Source of the DNA: Bacteroidota bacterium
Lineage (GTDB): Bacteria > Bacteroidota > Bacteroidia > Bacteroidales > JABHKC01
Assembly: GCA_018692315.1 (NCBI GenBank)
Contig: JABHKC010000248.1
Location: 2,505-66,504, forward strand
DNA length: 64,000 nt
Direction of reading: 5' to 3'
This document shows positions 53,072-62,562 of the stretch, piece by piece. A program made the position numbers and the translations under genes. Position 1 is the first letter of the stretch, and each line of letters opens with the position of its first letter. The notes beneath the pieces are model-generated. The model was not told where the DNA came from, made no database searches, and saw only the letters and a list, made by a program, of their open reading frames with translations.

Positions 53072-56000
53072 ATGATAATAAATAATAAAATGAATGTTTC
53101 GATAGAACCTGATTATATTTTTGAAACAAGCTGGGAGGTTTGCAACAAAATTGGAGGAATCCATACAGTATTATCAACAAAAGCAAAAACTATTAAAAAC
53201 AAATTTGAAGATAAATATATCGTAATTGGTCCTGATATTTGGAGAGAAACATCTGAAAATCCGGAATTTAGCGAAGAATATGCTTTATTTTCTGATTGGA
53301 AAGAACAAGCACTTTCCGAAGGTTTGAGAATTAAAATCGGACGTTGGAATATTGCAGGAAATCCGATTGCTATTCTTGTAGATTTTACAACTTTCATAAG
53401 TGAAAAAAACGAAATATTTAAATCATTTTGGGAAAAATATAATTTAGATTCAATTTCGGGCGGCTGGGATTATATAGAATCTGCCCTATTTGGCTATGCT
53501 AGTGCAAAAGTAATCGAAAGTTTTACGAACTATTATATCGATGCTTCTACAAAAATAATTGCTCATTTTCATGAATGGATGACTGGTACCGGTGTTTTAT
53601 ATTTAAAAGACAAATTGCCACAAATTGCCACGGTTTTTACAACTCATGCCACAGTAATAGGGCGTTCAATTGCAGGTAATGGTTTCCCTCTTTACGAGAA
53701 CTTGAACCAACTTAATGGAGACCATAAAGCAAAAGAATTTAATATAATCTCTAAACAATCGCTGGAAAAAACTGCTGCAAAACTTGCAGATTCTTTCACT
53801 ACTGTAAGCGATTTGACAGGAAAAGAATGTAAACAGTTTTTGGGTAGAAAAGTAGATATTGTTACACCAAATGGTTTTGAAGACGATTTTGTTCCTACGG
53901 CAGAAAATTTTGGACAAAAGAGAAATCAAGCTAAAGAAAAATTTGCTGAAGTGGCTTCGGCTGTTTTAAATGAAAATATTCCAGAAGATTCATTTTTTAT
54001 TGGAATAAGCGGAAGATATGAATTTAAAAATAAAGGAATCGACCTTTTTATCAAAGCACTTGGTGAGATTAAAAAATCGAAAAACGTAAAAAGAAAAACT
54101 ATTGCATTTGTTTTGATTCCTGCGAATCATTATGGTGCCGATAAGTTGTTGGTTCAAAAATTGGCAAATAAAAATACAGATATTCAAATTTCAGAAAATT
54201 ATCTTACTCATAAACTTCACGACAAAGATTACGATCCGGTTTTACATGAAATTTCGAAATCACAAATTGATAATGGCGAAGATTCAAGCTTAAAAATAAT
54301 TTTTGTTCCATCTTATTTAAATGGCTCCGATGGTATTTTTAATATGTCCTATTTTGATTTGTTGATAGGATTAGACTTAACAATTTTTCCATCCTACTAC
54401 GAGCCTTGGGGCTATACACCTCTCGAAAGTCTTTGTTTTTCGGTGCCAACCATAACAACTACTCTTGCCGGTTTCGGACTTTGGGTAAACGATTATTATT
54501 CGGCGAAACATAGCGGAATTACTGTGATAAATCGTAATGATAGTAACGACAATGAAGTTGTAGAAAAAATTGCTGAAAAAATTCTTTATTTCAGAGATAT
54601 ATCAGACCAATCAAAAAAAGAAGCAAACATAAATGCCTTTGATGTTTCACGAATTGCCTTATGGAAAAATCTTATAAAATATTATTTTGAAGCCTATTCA
54701 GTTGCTTTAGAGAAAATTACAAGCAGAAAAGAAATGATTAAAATTGCAAGAAAAAATGATAGAATCACCGGATATGTAAAGCGTCATAAATCGAACAAGC
54801 CGGTTTGGAAAAAACTTATAGTAAAATCGCATATCCCGAAAAAGTTGGCAGAACTTTCAGAACTTTCTAAAAACCTATGGTGGTCTTGGGATTATGAAGC
54901 TCAAGAATTATTCGAATATATAGATGAGAAACTTTGGCAGAAATGCGAAAAAAATCCACTTATTTTGCTTGAAGAAATTCCTTATGAACGACTGAAGGAG
55001 CTTGAAAATGATGATGCTTTTATACTAAAATATGAATCAGTAATTTCGAGATTTACTGAATACTTAAACATAAAACCAAGCCCTGATAGCAAAAGAATTG
55101 CATATTTCAGTATGGAATATGGGCTTCACAATTCTTTGAAAATATTTTCGGGCGGACTCGGTATTTTGGCGGGCGATTACTTAAAAGAAGCCAGCGATAC
55201 AAACGTAAATATGACAGCCATTGGATTGCTTTACAGATATGGATATTTTGGTCAGAAAATTTCGCTTCACGGCGAACAAATTGTAAATTATCATCCACAG
55301 CATTTTTCGCATCTACCAATAATTCCTGTAAAAGACGAAAACGGAAACTGGAAAAAAATAAGTGTTGCTTTTCCGGGCAGAAATATTTATGCGAAAATAT
55401 GGCAAGTAAATATTGGCAGAATAAAATTGTATTTGCTTGATACAGATATTATTGAAAACTACGACGATGATAAAAAAATCACACATCATCTGTATGGCGG
55501 CGACAACGAATTTCGATTTATGCAAGAAATGTTGCTCGGAATAGGCGGAATGCGAGCATTAAATACTATAAATATTCAGAACGACATTTATCACTGCAAT
55601 GAAGGGCATGCTGCATTTATTGGATTAGAAAGATTGAAATATTACATAAACGAGAAAAAGCTAACTTTTGCAGAATCGGTCGAAATTGTGCGTGCTTCAA
55701 CATTGTTTACTACACACACACCCGTACCTGCCGGGCACGATTCTTTCCCCGAAGATTTGGTAAGAACCTATATGTCGCACTATCCGGCACGATTACAAAT
55801 TGATTGGGAAACTTTTATGAATCTTGGTAAAATTAATTCTCAAGACCAGAACGAAAAATTTTCTATGAGTTATCTTGCAGCGAATCTTTCGCAGGAAATA
55901 AACGGAGTAAGTCGCCTGCATGGCGAGGTTTCGCAAAAAATGTTTAATCCGCTCTGGGATGGATATTACCCCGAAGAACTGGCACTTTCCTATGTTACAA

Positions 56001-57334
56001 ACGGAGTTCATTATCAGACGTGGACAGCCAAAGAATGGCAAAAACTCTATTCCGAAAATTTTGAAAACGATTTTTTGAGTAATCAATCCGACCCAAAATT
56101 TTGGAGTAAAATTCATAATGTTGATGATCGGAAAATTTGGGAAATTCGTTCACTGTTAAGAAAAAAACTTATTGAACACGCAAAAAGTAAGATAAATAGA
56201 AATTGGACAATTAGGCACGAAAATCCACAAAAAATCCTTGAAGTTCTAAATAAAATGAACGACAAAGTATTGACTATTGGTTTTGCCCGCCGTTTTGCAA
56301 CCTATAAAAGAGGAACACTTTTGTTTAAAAATATTGAAAGGCTTTCTCAAATAGTAAACAATCCGAAAATGCCTGTTCAGATCATATTTGCCGGAAAAGC
56401 CCATCCGAACGACGGTGGTGGCCAGGATCTTATAAAAAGAATTGTTGAAGTTTCTCGCCGTCCCGAATTTCTTGGGAAAATTCTGTTCCTTGAAAACTAC
56501 GATATAGAGCTAGCCAAAAAACTTGTACAAGGTGTTGATATATGGTTAAATACGCCAACCCGACCTTTGGAAGCTTCCGGCACAAGCGGAATGAAAGCAA
56601 TCATGAACGGAGTAATGAACTTTAGTGTTCTCGATGGTTGGTGGGTCGAAGGATTTAGAGAAAATGCAGGCTGGGCTGTTCCTGAAGAAAGAATTTACGC
56701 TGACCAGAATTTGCAGGACGAATTAGATGTTGAAACAATCTATAGGATTTTTGAAGACGATTTAATTCCTCTTTTTTACGAAAGGAATGAAAACAATATT
56801 CCTGAAAAGTGGATAAATCGTATTAAAAATTCTATTGCACAAATTGCTCCTGAATTCACAACCAAAAGAATGATAGACGATTATCAATCTCGATTTTACG
56901 AAAAGTTGTATGAACGAAGCAATAAGCTAAAAATCAACGATTTTGAATTAGCTTATGATATTTCTGTATGGAAAAAACGAATTGAAAAAGTTTGGGATAA
57001 AATACAAATTGAAAGTATAAGTTTGCCAGACACAAATAAAGCTCCCTTGGTTCCCGACCAGCAATATAGCTGCAAAGTAGAATTAAAAACTCCCGGACTG
57101 TCGGCTCAGGATATTGGTTTAGAAATTGTTGTTGCTGAAATGGATACGGATAATGAAGTTCAATCGATTAATACACAGGAATTTGAATATATCAATTCTG
57201 AAAATTCTATTAATTATTATGAACTGAAAATCTCTCCAAAAAAATCGGGGATGTTAAATTTTGGGATTAGAATATTTCCTAAAAATGAATTACTCCCACA
57301 CAGACAAGATTTTAGCACTGTTCGGTGGATTTAA
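53072..57334 (+). CDS. fusion protein: GT3-type (eukaryote-like) glycogen synthase N-terminal half + GT35 alpha-glucan phosphorylase C-terminal half
   Basis: A single uninterrupted 1420-aa ORF. The N-terminal FETSWEVCNKIGGIHTVLSTKAKT...GPDIW resembles animal/fungal glycogen synthase. From ~54870 on, NLWWSWDYEAQELF, YFSMEYGL...SGGLGILAGDYLKEASD and the PLP-lysine block EASGTSGMKAIMNG match archaeal/bacterial alpha-glucan phosphorylase. Confidence 0.88.
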   Translation: MIINNKMNVSIEPDYIFETSWEVCNKIGGIHTVLSTKAKTIKNKFEDKYIVIGPDIWRETSENPEFSEEYALFSDWKEQALSEGLRIKIGRWNIAGNPIAILVDFTTFISEKNEIFKSFWEKYNLDSISGGWDYIESALFGYASAKVIESFTNYYIDASTKIIAHFHEWMTGTGVLYLKDKLPQIATVFTTHATVIGRSIAGNGFPLYENLNQLNGDHKAKEFNIISKQSLEKTAAKLADSFTTVSDLTGKECKQFLGRKVDIVTPNGFEDDFVPTAENFGQKRNQAKEKFAEVASAVLNENIPEDSFFIGISGRYEFKNKGIDLFIKALGEIKKSKNVKRKTIAFVLIPANHYGADKLLVQKLANKNTDIQISENYLTHKLHDKDYDPVLHEISKSQIDNGEDSSLKIIFVPSYLNGSDGIFNMSYFDLLIGLDLTIFPSYYEPWGYTPLESLCFSVPTITTTLAGFGLWVNDYYSAKHSGITVINRNDSNDNEVVEKIAEKILYFRDISDQSKKEANINAFDVSRIALWKNLIKYYFEAYSVALEKITSRKEMIKIARKNDRITGYVKRHKSNKPVWKKLIVKSHIPKKLAELSELSKNLWWSWDYEAQELFEYIDEKLWQKCEKNPLILLEEIPYERLKELENDDAFILKYESVISRFTEYLNIKPSPDSKRIAYFSMEYGLHNSLKIFSGGLGILAGDYLKEASDTNVNMTAIGLLYRYGYFGQKISLHGEQIVNYHPQHFSHLPIIPVKDENGNWKKISVAFPGRNIYAKIWQVNIGRIKLYLLDTDIIENYDDDKKITHHLYGGDNEFRFMQEMLLGIGGMRALNTINIQNDIYHCNEGHAAFIGLERLKYYINEKKLTFAESVEIVRASTLFTTHTPVPAGHDSFPEDLVRTYMSHYPARLQIDWETFMNLGKINSQDQNEKFSMSYLAANLSQEINGVSRLHGEVSQKMFNPLWDGYYPEELALSYVTNGVHYQTWTAKEWQKLYSENFENDFLSNQSDPKFWSKIHNVDDRKIWEIRSLLRKKLIEHAKSKINRNWTIRHENPQKILEVLNKMNDKVLTIGFARRFATYKRGTLLFKNIERLSQIVNNPKMPVQIIFAGKAHPNDGGGQDLIKRIVEVSRRPEFLGKILFLENYDIELAKKLVQGVDIWLNTPTRPLEASGTSGMKAIMNGVMNFSVLDGWWVEGFRENAGWAVPEERIYADQNLQDELDVETIYRIFEDDLIPLFYERNENNIPEKWINRIKNSIAQIAPEFTTKRMIDDYQSRFYEKLYERSNKLKINDFELAYDISVWKKRIEKVWDKIQIESISLPDTNKAPLVPDQQYSCKVELKTPGLSAQDIGLEIVVAEMDTDNEVQSINTQEFEYINSENSINYYELKISPKKSGMLNFGIRIFPKNELLPHRQDFSTVRWI

Positions 57335-57346
57335 AATTTATAAAAA

Positions 57347-59287
57347 CTATTTCCCGCAATAAGTTTGAATAAAACTGGCTGCTGCTGAATATCCAAGTTG
57401 ATAGGCTTTTTGCAGATCCTGGCATCCATCAGTGTTTTTACCTGAGTTTATTTTTGCTAAGCCTCTATTGAAATACGCCATTTTGAAATTTGGTTTTAGT
57501 GAAATTGCTTTTGAAAAATCGTTGATGGAATTATCATAATCTTTCAGGTTTAATTTCACTACTCCTCGATTCATGAAAAATTCTGCCGAATGAGAATTTA
57601 ATTCTATTGCTTGATTCATATCAATTAGAGCTTCTTCAAATTTCCCCGATTTTGCTAACAAAAGTCCTCGTTGAGTATAAGCATCGGCAAATGTAGGCCG
57701 AAGCTCAATAACTTTTGTATAATCAAGAATTGCTTCAGCGATTTTATTAAACTTGCTATATGCATCAGCTCGATTATAATATCCTTGCAAAAATTCCGGG
57801 CTCATCTGTAAGCTAAAATTAAAATCGGAAATTGCTTTATCGAAAAGTTTTAAATTGGTATATGAAATTCCCCGATTATTATAGGCAAAAACCGATGTTC
57901 GATTCAGACGAATAGCTTCGGTATAATCGGAAACTGCTTTTTTATTTTTGCCTAAATCGGAATTTGCTAATCCCCGATTGTTCCATCCAACCGACGATTC
58001 TGGATATTTCTCAACTACATCTGTAAATAAAGTGATGCTATCTTTCCAGACATCGTTTCTGACAAAAGTAATTGAAAGTAAAACTACCGAATACAATATC
58101 AAAATGGTAATCATGGCATTTTTAAGTTTCGGCTTTTTTTCTAATGTTTTCATAAAATAGAAAGCAAAAATCAGAAATGCACCTATTGAAGGAATGTAAA
58201 CATATCTGTCTGCCATGATAAAATCGCGCAAGGGTAGCAATTGTAAAACCAAAATAATATTGATGACAAAAAACAAAATGCCAAAAGAAATTATTTTGTT
58301 ACGCTTGAGCGAATTCCAAAAACTATATAAAATGCCAAGCACAGGAATTATATATAATCCATAGGCAAAAAGTGAAATAGTGCCTGCACTTTTCGGATAT
58401 GGATAAAAAGCAGAAAGTTTGAAAGGAAATACCAATTTCAAAATGTAATGAGTGAAAGCAAGACTTGCATAAACAATCTGTTCGATAAAACTACCGGAGT
58501 TTTTATCTTCGAAAAATTCGCCTGTGCGGCTCGAATAAATTGTAACAATCCCGAGAATTGCTGATAAAACTACAAATGGTATTTTTTCAATAATAACTTT
58601 GCTGGAAAACAATTTACGGTTTAAGAAAAAATCAATTGCCACCAAAGTTATTGATAATGTAACTGCCTGTTCTTTAGCTCCGAAAGATAGTAGAAAAAAC
58701 AAAAGTGAAAAAACATAAAATTTCATTTTCCTCTTGGAGACAAATTTCAGATAGGCAATCAGTGAGGCCAGAAAAAAACTTGTATATAGCACAACTTTAA
58801 TGGCTGAAACCCAGGCAACCGATTCAACGTGCATAGCATGGACAGCGAAAAGCAAGGTGGCGATAAGGGAAATTTCAATAGCATTGCGTTTAAAAATATT
58901 TCGCAACAATAAAAGCAAAAACCAGAACACTAAAACAGAATTTATCAAATGCAAAAGTACATTTACTGTATGATAAAGAGTTGGATTTAGTTTTCCAATT
59001 TGATATACCGAAGCCAAAACTATAGTAGTAACAGGGCTGTATTGTCCTTTGAAAAAATCAGTGAAAATAGCCTTAACATTTTCTGTTTCAAGGCTTTTAA
59101 TATAGTGGTTGTTTTCTACATACCAATCGTCGTCCCAACGCACAAAATCGTTGTTCATAGCTGGCATGTATGCAATGAAAGTTGCAGCAATAATCGCAAA
59201 TAAAAAATAATAATGTTTCTTATTCAACTTATAATTTTCAGTTTTGGCTGGTTTTTTACTGTGTATATGTTTGGTTTTCTTTTTCAT
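57347..59287 (-). CDS. TMTC-like GT-C membrane glycosyltransferase fused to C-terminal TPR repeats (DUF1736/PMT_2-like)
   Basis: 646 aa with ~10 TM helices. Motifs shared with TMTC/PMT-type enzymes: FVRWDDDWYVENN, HAMHVESVAWVSAIKVVL, GAKEQA, MADRYVYIPSIG. Then about 7 TPR units (AY.NRG......G....A..D...AI.L.P). Confidence 0.78.
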   Translation of the reverse strand: MKKKTKHIHSKKPAKTENYKLNKKHYYFLFAIIAATFIAYMPAMNNDFVRWDDDWYVENNHYIKSLETENVKAIFTDFFKGQYSPVTTIVLASVYQIGKLNPTLYHTVNVLLHLINSVLVFWFLLLLLRNIFKRNAIEISLIATLLFAVHAMHVESVAWVSAIKVVLYTSFFLASLIAYLKFVSKRKMKFYVFSLLFFLLSFGAKEQAVTLSITLVAIDFFLNRKLFSSKVIIEKIPFVVLSAILGIVTIYSSRTGEFFEDKNSGSFIEQIVYASLAFTHYILKLVFPFKLSAFYPYPKSAGTISLFAYGLYIIPVLGILYSFWNSLKRNKIISFGILFFVINIILVLQLLPLRDFIMADRYVYIPSIGAFLIFAFYFMKTLEKKPKLKNAMITILILYSVVLLSITFVRNDVWKDSITLFTDVVEKYPESSVGWNNRGLANSDLGKNKKAVSDYTEAIRLNRTSVFAYNNRGISYTNLKLFDKAISDFNFSLQMSPEFLQGYYNRADAYSKFNKIAEAILDYTKVIELRPTFADAYTQRGLLLAKSGKFEEALIDMNQAIELNSHSAEFFMNRGVVKLNLKDYDNSINDFSKAISLKPNFKMAYFNRGLAKINSGKNTDGCQDLQKAYQLGYSAAASFIQTYCGK

Positions 59288-59305
59288 CAGTATATTTTCG
59301 AAATC

Positions 59306-60019
59306 TCATTTTTTGTACTTTCCGGAATAAAAATAATAAATAATTCTGAATACGTCAATCACCATTAAAAATCCATGTTTCAGGACTTTAACACTCGAAG
59401 ATTCATTGCAACGTAAGTTTACCGGCAACCTTTTTATATCGAAATTTCTTTTCAAAGCAATATAAAGTAATTCAACATCGAAAGCAAAACCATTGATTTT
59501 ATTCACTGAAAAAATATCAAAGGCAACATTTCGTCTAAATCCTTTCATTCCGCATTGAGTATCGAACCAGCCACCTGTAATGAATCGTCCAACGATGAAT
59601 GAAAAAATATCGCTACCGATTTTTCGGGTTTTGCTTATTTCTGTAAAATAGCTCGATTCGGGCAGGGTTCTATCTCCAACAACCATATCAAATTCTTTAA
59701 AATCGAGATAGTATAAAAACTTCTGAAACGAGTCGAATTGAAATGGAATATCGGCATCGGTAAAAATAAGGAATTCGCCTTTTGAATTTAAAATTCCCTT
59801 ACGAACGGCTGCTCCTTTGCCTAGATTTTTTTCATTTTTTAGAAAAATGCAATTGTGCTTTTCGGCAATACTTTTACTTATGTCAGCATCTGCCGAACCA
59901 TCGTCAACAATTATTATTTCATAATCTGTTTTAATAGTTGCTAAATATTTTATAAATCCGGGCAGTTCAGCTAATAAATTTTTTGAGCAATTATATGATG
60001 GTAAAATTATACTTAGCAT
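59306..60019 (-). CDS. family 2 glycosyltransferase (polyprenyl-phosphate sugar synthase-like)
   Basis: 237 aa. Motifs: ILPSYN, IIIVDDGSAD, NLGKGAAVRKG, FTDADIPF. Its stop lies 18 nt before the TMTC-like gene. Confidence 0.88.
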   Translation of the reverse strand: MLSIILPSYNCSKNLLAELPGFIKYLATIKTDYEIIIVDDGSADADISKSIAEKHNCIFLKNEKNLGKGAAVRKGILNSKGEFLIFTDADIPFQFDSFQKFLYYLDFKEFDMVVGDRTLPESSYFTEISKTRKIGSDIFSFIVGRFITGGWFDTQCGMKGFRRNVAFDIFSVNKINGFAFDVELLYIALKRNFDIKRLPVNLRCNESSSVKVLKHGFLMVIDVFRIIYYFYSGKYKK

Positions 60020-60048
60020 TCTTAGAAATTATATTAATTCATTTATGC

Positions 60049-60627
60049 TTAATTATTCATATACTCAATTACTGTGTAAAATCCATTAAACCATTCAATA
60101 CAGTTCTCTAATGACAAAGAAATATATTCATTATCTGTATTTTCTAAAGTTTTAATAATTCCTTTTCTTCGATCCACGAGTCTCTTACAATTTAAATCCA
60201 ATACATTAATAGTATCCTGTGCATCATTTTCATTTTCATCAAAAGGCATTATTCTTCCGTTTCGTGCATAAATAAAACGATTTTGACAATTCTCTTGCAA
60301 AGGGGATATAAAATTGATAAAATAATTTGTTTCTTTTTTATGCCCACAAGAATCAGTATGCTGACAAGAAGCCAATAAATTGCCGTAATTAAATGTCTCT
60401 ATAGGAAAATTGTGCCTGTCTTTTATATGTTCAACATGACAACTATTACCATTATTTGTAACTGCTATCTCACAATAACAACACATTTGATTTTGTTCAT
60501 CAATTAGAGTTTTTCTTAATTCCTGATAAATTTCTGTTCCAGAAAAAGTATTCCAATTAGAGTTGGGATTTTGTCTTTTCCAGTTACTCAAAGATAATAA
60601 TTCAGAGTCTTTTACAATATGCCTCAT
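60049..60627 (-). CDS. ptuB: HNH nuclease, PtuB / TIGR02646-like (Septu or retron-Ec78-type effector partner)
   Basis: 192 aa. CCYCEIAVTNNGNSCHVEHIKDRH...YGNLLASCQHTDSCGHKKE is an HNH core with flanking Cys pairs. Its ATG overlaps the ATPase gene's TGA (ATGA at 60624-60627). Confidence 0.72.
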   Translation of the reverse strand: MRHIVKDSELLSLSNWKRQNPNSNWNTFSGTEIYQELRKTLIDEQNQMCCYCEIAVTNNGNSCHVEHIKDRHNFPIETFNYGNLLASCQHTDSCGHKKETNYFINFISPLQENCQNRFIYARNGRIMPFDENENDAQDTINVLDLNCKRLVDRRKGIIKTLENTDNEYISLSLENCIEWFNGFYTVIEYMNN

Positions 60628-62468
60628 ATTACTATCTCTTTTTTTCTTATTAACATTTCAGCTCTTAAAATATCAGAATCGCTTTTTAAGTATTTTTTTA
60701 ATTCTTTCAGTACTTTTTTCGCATCATCAATTTTATTTCTTTCAATAAGTTCAAATAGATTATTTAGATTCTTTTTTGTTTCCGAGGGTCTGGCATCTTG
60801 GTCCATAATTAATTCAACAACTCTGTCAACTGACATTCCAAAAGATTCTTCTGGTTTTTTATATGTCATAATATTGTCCTCATTTTGGAGCAAAAATATG
60901 TTGTCAGGATTGACATGACTTATAACTAATGGTGAATGTGTAGTAATAAAAAATTGACAATTGGGAAATAATTTGGTTAGTCTCGGAATGATTAATCTTT
61001 GCCAAGCAGGGTGAAGATGCAAATCAACTTCGTCAATTAGGATAATCCCATCTCCCAGTAGAGGTTCTTTGCTAAATGGATTTGCAATAGATAACCTGCG
61101 GGCAATGTCCCCAATCAAGGCAATTAGATTTTTTTCTCCATCGGAAAGTTGCTCTAAATTAAATGTTTCACCATTTTTGTCAACAAGCATGTGTGGTCTT
61201 GGAATTCTTTTTATTCTTAAATTTGAATATTCCTGAATGAAATTTTCAATTGTTTTTGTAACAATGTGGATTTCCCTTCCTTCATTTTTAGTTGCAACAT
61301 TTTGTCGAGCAGCATCACTTTTTATAATTTGTTCAATGTCTTTTAAAAATATTTTTGTCAAGCTATCCCATTCATTTTTGTTTTTCGCCAATGTTGGGTT
61401 GTATTCTTTAAATAGGTTTTCAATATCTCTTTTCCCTTTATCACTCATCCACCATAGGCTTATTAAAACAGAAAATTGAAGCGCCTCCCAAATAAACAAA
61501 ATTAAATTTTTTTGTTCATTTTTTAAATCCGTTTCATAAAACAAGGTTTTTATTTGTTCAAAAATCCTTTCGATAATTTGACGTGGAAACTTTTCAAATT
61601 CAATTAAATTATCCCTTCTTAAATCTGATAAAGAATTCATTTTATGTAAAAGATATTCAATATCATGTAGAATTTTATCTAAACGATGCTCTTTTTGAAA
61701 TTTAAATTCTATCGAATGAAGTAAATCAATTAATTCGTTGAACAGGTATCGTGGTTCTTCAAAAATTAATTCCTCCCTTTTAAAACGTTTTGTTATATAT
61801 TTGTATTCATCATATTCTGATGTGATTTTTTCAATATACGAAAGAATATTTTCTGTTCTTCTTTTTAACCATTTTCTATTATTTACCATCCACTTAGTTC
61901 TTGAACCCAATTTTTCATTTAAAATGTCATCTTGCATTCTGAACCATTCAAAAAATGATTGAAAGTTGGCTTTTCCACCAATAGCATTGTCATAAACGTC
62001 TAATAAATAAAAGTTTTCTTTATTGGAAATTTCTGGTGAAATATCTTTTACAACTCTATTGACTGGATAATAAGCAATAACGGGTAAAGAATTATCTCTT
62101 TTTAATTTATCTCTATAATATTCAGCTAATTTCGAAACTTGCGATAATTCAGATTTCTCTTTTATTGTTTCTCCTTTTTGAACTTTTATTAATTTCCAAT
62201 TATATAGTAGATTGTTTTCTTTTACCAAGGTTTCAAAAAAAGAGAATGATGCATCATTTCTAATATCATTTTCTGAAATGTGCTTCCCTGAAACATTTTC
62301 TCTTTGAATTCTATTGATTAACCATGAAAGAGAAACTATTAAAGCGTCAAGAATTGTTGTTTTTCCAGAACCATTAACACCAATAAAAACATTTAGTGAT
62401 GAATCTAATTCAAAATCCATGTTTTTTATGCTTCTATAATTGGTGATTATAATTTTCTGTATTTTCAT
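60624..62468 (-). CDS. ptuA: ABC/SMC-like AAA_15/AAA_21 ATPase, PtuA-like
   Basis: 614 aa. Walker A GVNGSGKTTILDAL, a ~400-aa mostly helical insertion, signature-like LSDGEKNLIAL, Walker B ILIDEVDLHLHPAWQ, H-loop FFITTHSPLV. Confidence 0.72.
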   Translation of the reverse strand: MKIQKIIITNYRSIKNMDFELDSSLNVFIGVNGSGKTTILDALIVSLSWLINRIQRENVSGKHISENDIRNDASFSFFETLVKENNLLYNWKLIKVQKGETIKEKSELSQVSKLAEYYRDKLKRDNSLPVIAYYPVNRVVKDISPEISNKENFYLLDVYDNAIGGKANFQSFFEWFRMQDDILNEKLGSRTKWMVNNRKWLKRRTENILSYIEKITSEYDEYKYITKRFKREELIFEEPRYLFNELIDLLHSIEFKFQKEHRLDKILHDIEYLLHKMNSLSDLRRDNLIEFEKFPRQIIERIFEQIKTLFYETDLKNEQKNLILFIWEALQFSVLISLWWMSDKGKRDIENLFKEYNPTLAKNKNEWDSLTKIFLKDIEQIIKSDAARQNVATKNEGREIHIVTKTIENFIQEYSNLRIKRIPRPHMLVDKNGETFNLEQLSDGEKNLIALIGDIARRLSIANPFSKEPLLGDGIILIDEVDLHLHPAWQRLIIPRLTKLFPNCQFFITTHSPLVISHVNPDNIFLLQNEDNIMTYKKPEESFGMSVDRVVELIMDQDARPSETKKNLNNLFELIERNKIDDAKKVLKELKKYLKSDSDILRAEMLIRKKEIVI

Positions 62469-62497
62469 TTCTTAATTCTTATATCAATATTTTTTCT

Positions 62498-62505
62498 CAA
62501 AATTA
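62498..62505 (-). promoter_or_regulatory. -7 promoter box (TAATTTTG on minus strand) upstream of the ATPase-HNH pair
   Basis: Exact TAnnTTTG match 29 nt upstream of the ATG at 62468. No -33 TTTG at consensus spacing. Confidence 0.35.
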
Positions 62506-62562
62506 GCACATCTTTTATAAATGAGAAAAGTTTCTTAGGATTACACCTTTAGTAGTTTGGAT

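Noticed and set aside
52902-53186. 94-aa and 69-aa minus-strand ORFs in the yidD / glycogen-enzyme intergenic region
   Set aside because: They overlap each other and the 5' end of the 1420-aa gene. The translations are low-complexity with no motifs.
62469-62562. Upstream region of the ATPase/HNH pair, examined for a retron ncRNA (msr/msd) or reverse transcriptase
   Set aside because: Only 94 bp are available before the next gene. There are no long inverted repeats and no RT ORF on either side, so this is a stand-alone Septu-like pair rather than an Ec78-type retron.
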